DNA of 64,000 nt from Podarcis tiliguerta (Eukaryota): assembly GCA_965153285.1 (NCBI GenBank), contig OZ229119.1; one strand, given 5' to 3'. Shown here piece by piece: positions 61,401 to 64,000 of this stretch. The position numbers and the translations under genes are program-made. Numbering within the stretch: position 1 is the first letter of the stretch; each line of letters opens with the position of its first letter. The notes under the pieces are model-generated. The model did no database searches, was not told where the DNA came from, and was given only the letters and a program-made list of their open reading frames with translations.

Positions 61401-63124
61401 AAATACGTGCATGCATGCATATGCATATTGCTGCTTCTGAACATCTTACTTTCTTGCTGCTTGCTCCAGCAATCCTTAATTCATGTTGGATGGGCTTTAA
61501 GAAACTCCCACACTGCTTCCTATCTTATCTGCAAATCTGTCTCATATTTTGAGACTTTATATAACTGTCATTGTTTTTTATGTACTTAGGGGTTGAGGTG
61601 CTGTATATAAGGGTAGGCAGACAGATTTAAGGGAATGAAATGCACTAACAGAATAGGGTCTATAACTTTACTCTCTGAAACAAAATACTGTACTCTAAAA
61701 CGGCAGAACAGTTTGTGGTAAGGAAATTCGGAAAGTTCATACTGAAAATTGCAAGCAGCATTCCCCCACCCCCCCCAAAAAAGAAATTTGTACTGGTGGC
61801 TATTTTGAGGATAGAAACTGAATCAACCACTTTTTTTATGCAGAAACTCAAATGTTTTTTACTCTATCCCCCCCACAACCCCAATTCTTATATGCAGCTC
61901 TGGGATTTGAACAAGAAACAGTGTCGTAATACACTGTTTGGTCACAGTAGTTCTGTTACTCACTGCAGATTTTCACCGGATGATAAGTATGTGGCTAGTT
62001 GCTCAGCAGATGGAACTTTAAAGGTATGCTTTGGAAACTTTGACTTCTAGTACTTAAAGCCAGATTCAATAACCTTTTGATTTTGTAGTCCAGGAATTAA
62101 ATGCTTTTCAAAAGCAGAGATTGCAATCCTGCACTGTGCCCATAAATTCTTAGCCATAGTTTCACTCTCTGTTGCACACTTATAAGAAAACCCAGCTGGA
62201 GAGAAACTAAGACAGTTAAGTGCTAAAGCAGGTACTACTGGTTGAGATAAACAAGATTTGTTATTGATTTGCAGCTAGATAAGTTCTACTTGGAGTAGAC
62301 CCATTGAAATTAATGAGCCTAAGTTAGTCATGTCCATTAATTTATTGAAGTCTACTCTGAATATCTCTTGTAGTATTCCTGTGGGGGAGAGACTTTGTTA
62401 TGGTAGGAGCTCTGCATTACTCTCATATGGTCTCATACACATGTGTCACTATAGCATTCTTCATTTTTCATTCTTGCCTCGTTTATGTTTCTGAAGCAGA
62501 TTACGTTGAAAGATAATGATGGCATTTTATAACTAAAAGACATTTGAAATTTACATTGAAAAGGTTATAAATATAGATGTCCCTGTTATTCACAAATACC
62601 TTGCACTTGAAAAAAAATAGTATTGGGTATTCTCAAACAAAAAGCATTTATGAGCTCTGTTCATTATTTGGCAATATTTCAGATATAAATCAGCCCAAAT
62701 ATAAAATGTCTGACATTAATTTAGTTGCTTGATTTTAATATGCTGCAATTTTTAAAAATTTACTTCTAATTCCACAAGCAGACAGTTGACTTTAATGTCT
62801 ATAGATCACTGGAGAGAGTAAATTGTTTTGTTAGCAGCTATAATTGGATATGAATAAATACCTTTGCAAAATTAAATTTTACAAATCACTAGGTAGCATT
62901 AATGTTGTCTTCTACTCAGATTCATTTTTTAAATGCTTAATACAGTGTGTTTATTTTTAAAGCTTTGGTATGCACATTCGGCAAATGAACTGAAAACTAT
63001 TGACATAGGAGACTGCTTTAGAAATGTAGATGAGTACCAGGATGATGTGGAAGTCTTAGTGAAGTGTTGCTCCTGGTCATCTAATGGAACTACAGTGTTG
63101 GTGGCAGCGAAAAACAGGCTTTTT
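41833..63124 (+). CDS. APAF1: Apoptotic protease-activating factor 1 (5' part, 821 codons; continues beyond the window)
   Basis: 16 GT-AG exons in frame: CARD, NB-ARC (Walker A GMAGCGKT, Walker B LLVLDD), helical domains and WD40 repeats. Confidence 0.97.
42163..42267. repeat. Near-perfect inverted repeat (46-bp stem, 13-nt loop)
   Basis: ctccagatgaagctagttgcaattagatcccatggatagttagtca matches the reverse complement of the right arm with 2 mismatches. Confidence 0.93.
42637..42980 (-). mobile_element. Sauria SINE, near full length
   Basis: Tail and head both present; TSD cacatgc(g/t)ta. Confidence 0.9.
43548..43940 (-). mobile_element. Sauria SINE, different subfamily
   Basis: (AAAGGT)n tail; TSD GACATGCATCATA; duplicated 5' end. 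Confidence 0.88.
44196..44385 (+). CDS. APAF1: APAF1 exon 3
   Basis: TTQRERAAMLVKIILAKDNYAYVSFYNALLHEGYKDLAALL. Confidence 0.95.
44913..45110 (+). CDS. APAF1: APAF1 exon 4 (Walker A)
   Basis: KTILCEGGVPQRPVVFVTR...GMAGCGKTVLAAEALRDHSLL. Confidence 0.96.
45956..46139 (+). CDS. APAF1: APAF1 exon 5
   Basis: CFPGGVHWVSVGKQDKAGLLMKLQNLC. Confidence 0.96.
46901..47341. mobile_element. Tc1/mariner-type MITE, family B copy 2, with internal tandem repeats
   Basis: Same TIRs as the 21663 copy; TA TSD; internal agccgctaa-type repeats at about 47075-47260. Confidence 0.88.
47848..47960 (+). CDS. APAF1: APAF1 exon 6 (Walker B)
   Basis: SLLVLDDIWDSWVLKSFDSHCQVLITSRDRSVTD. Confidence 0.96.
48034..48535 (+). 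mobile_element. L2-like LINE 3' fragment
   Basis: ORF remnant LGPSYLRDRL...RAFSILAPAWWNALP...FRRACKTELF; (ATT)n tail. Confidence 0.8.
48863..48930 (+). mobile_element. CR1 3' end fragment
   Basis: gggttggactagatgatcc...gtcccttgcaacc...attctatg. Confidence 0.6.
49121..49252 (+). CDS. APAF1: APAF1 exon 7
   Basis: KKYEVPVESGLTHEKSLEILSRFVN...IVKECK. Confidence 0.95.
49642..49885. mobile_element. Tc1/mariner-type MITE, family C
   Basis: TA|CAGTCATACCTC...GAGGTACCACTG|TA; internal palindromic ccggaagtaac/gttacttccgg. Confidence 0.8.
50056..50294 (+). CDS. APAF1: APAF1 exon 8
   Basis: GSPLVVSLIGALLRDFPNRWEYYLKQLQNKQFKRIRKSSSYDYEALDEAM. Confidence 0.96.
50466..50623 (-). mobile_element. Sauria SINE 3' fragment
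   Basis: Same 3' half as the 35415 and 42637 copies. Confidence 0.85.
51025..51232 (+). mobile_element. L2-like LINE 3' fragment
   Basis: Related to the reverse complement of 39180-39395. Confidence 0.65.
51238..51443. mobile_element. Tc1/mariner-type MITE, family A copy 4
   Basis: TA TSD, CAGTGGTACCT TIRs. Confidence 0.9.
51527..51890 (-). mobile_element. L2-like LINE 3' fragment (same family as 48034, opposite strand)
   Basis: LASTRARAFSAAAPIWWNTL...FRRACKTELL; (AAT)n at 51527-51570. Confidence 0.8.
52390..52557 (+). CDS. APAF1: APAF1 exon 9
   Basis: VFCILWDMETEEAEDILQEFVNKSLLFCDRNGKSFKYYLHDLQLDFL. Confidence 0.96.
53590..53655 (+). mobile_element. CR1 3' end fragment
   Basis: gggttggactagatgacc...gtcccttccaactctacaattcta. 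Confidence 0.65.
54145..54270 (+). CDS. APAF1: APAF1 exon 10
   Basis: ALHKKVVDQY...QEDCMYWYNFLAYHMASANMHN. Confidence 0.94.
55188..55301 (+). CDS. APAF1: APAF1 exon 11
   Basis: ELCALMFSLDWIKTKTELVGPAHLIHEYAEYSQILDEK. Confidence 0.95.
55766..55804. repeat. (TA)n microsatellite
   Basis: Seen directly. Confidence 0.95.
56020..56204 (+). CDS. APAF1: APAF1 exon 12
   Basis: ENFQEFLSLNGHLLGRQPFPDIVQLGLCQPESSEVYRQAKL. Confidence 0.95.
56345..56505 (+). mobile_element. Squam3-like tRNA-derived SINE (degenerate)
   Basis: aaggtctcagttcaatccctg..atctccaggtagggctgggaaagacc...agctagatg...aaggcagctt. Confidence 0.65.
56872..56998 (+). CDS. APAF1: APAF1 exon 13 (first WD40)
   Basis: RLVVRPHTDAVYHACFSQDRQRIASCGADKMLQ. 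Confidence 0.95.
58103..58228 (+). CDS. APAF1: APAF1 exon 14 (WD40)
   Basis: VFKAGSGEKLLEVKAHDDEVLCCTFSADDRFVATCSADRKVK. Confidence 0.95.
58422..58462. repeat. (TA)n microsatellite
   Basis: Seen directly. Confidence 0.95.
60510..60644 (+). CDS. APAF1: APAF1 exon 15 (WD40)
   Basis: VWNSRTGQLVCVFEEHAEQVNCCQF...LLATCSNDTFVK. Confidence 0.95.
61898..62023 (+). CDS. APAF1: APAF1 exon 16 (WD40)
   Basis: LWDLNKKQCRNTLFGHSSSVTHCRFSPDDKYVASCSADGTLK. Confidence 0.96.
62963..63124 (+). CDS. APAF1: APAF1 exon 17 (WD40)
   Basis: LWYAHSANELKTI...VEVLVKCCSWSSNGTTVLVAAKNRLF. Confidence 0.94.
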
Positions 63125-64000
63125 GTAAGTACTTAAGTATGTCAGTAATGACTTCTTTCCTCTGAGTCACCATCTGGTTTTCCATTTGTGTTTATTTTTA
63201 AAATTGAGCAGGAGAGCAAGAGAAGAGAACAACAGAAACATAGGGAACACATCACTTGTGCTTAGACTTCATGCTGCAGAGCCTTCAACCAAGTGCTGGT
63301 CTCCAACCAGAAGTTATTTCAGTGCAGTGCAGCATCCTATGTTCTGTGTCCACACTTTCTCACACATGCACACACTTACTTTTCAAAGAGACTTATCAAA
63401 GGACTTTTCCAAGTTGCCTCTGCTGAGCTGCAGTTTTGTCCCACAAGGAATGGCTCTTTTGCACCGGTCCTCTTCCCTACTGTAGTTTTGATGTCCACAA
63501 GCGAGTGTAAGTCCTGCCGTCTCACAGGCTCTGAACTGCAGTTAAGAGATGTTTTTTGTTATGTTGGAAATGGTCAAATGCAGTTTTTGCCGTACTTCTA
63601 CTAAATTGCTCAGAGAACATATATCATATAGTAGTAGCGCACTCATAGACTTCGAAAGGATCATTTTATTTTTGTTAAGTTATCAGTAAGAAGGCATGAA
63701 TAAATTGTATTGATTTATAGAATGTTAAACTCTCTTTGAGTAGAGTATAAGTTGGAGTTAGGAAAATAACTCCAAAAGATTTTGGTAGTGTTCCACCAAG
63801 TTCCATGAACACTGGGAGTGGAATTGTTGTAGGTTAGAGGATAGGATTTTAATGATTTTTAAATATAACACACATAAAATTAAAATTGTAAGCAGTGTTT
63901 TGAAGAACATACACTCAAATTCCTAAACTGGTTTGGAGATAATATTGATGTAGTAATACTTTTTATTCAAGTTTTCATCATTCAGCCTTTTCATTATAGT

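Noticed and set aside
63480-63520. TAG followed by a short FDVH-like peptide as possible APAF1 exon 18
   Set aside because: Wrong phase, an early stop and no further WD40 match. The next exon probably lies beyond the window.

Overview
Vertebrate genomic DNA from a squamate. Sauria/Squam1 SINEs, a Squam3-like SINE and TA-flanked MITEs point to a lacertid-type lizard (inference). The window is the conserved TMPO - SLC25A3 - IKBIP - APAF1 block. TMPO (+) has 9 coding exons at 1080-16647 giving a LAP2beta-type 458 aa protein, with no intact LAP2alpha exon. SLC25A3 (+) runs 23075-30582 (362 aa) with mutually exclusive exons 3A/3B and intronic SNORA53. IKBIP (-) has two alternative coiled-coil terminal exons. 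APAF1 (+) is head-to-head with IKBIP; 16 coding exons (821 codons) are visible and the gene runs off the right end. All exon chains were checked by hand for GT-AG boundaries and frame. Best leads: (1) a box C/D snoRNA-like module directly abutting SNORA53 in one intron, possibly a tandem or fused C/D-H/ACA RNA; (2) two long near-perfect foldback hairpins (18228-18373 and 42163-42267); (3) inverted LINE fragments bracketing APAF1 exons 7-8 (circRNA prediction); (4) a SINE-donated AATAAA behind the proximal IKBIP last exon; (5) an overlapping uORF at the APAF1 start; (6) an Rbfox/QKI motif cluster between SLC25A3 exons 3A and 3B. Homology calls rest on recalled human sequences, not on database searches.
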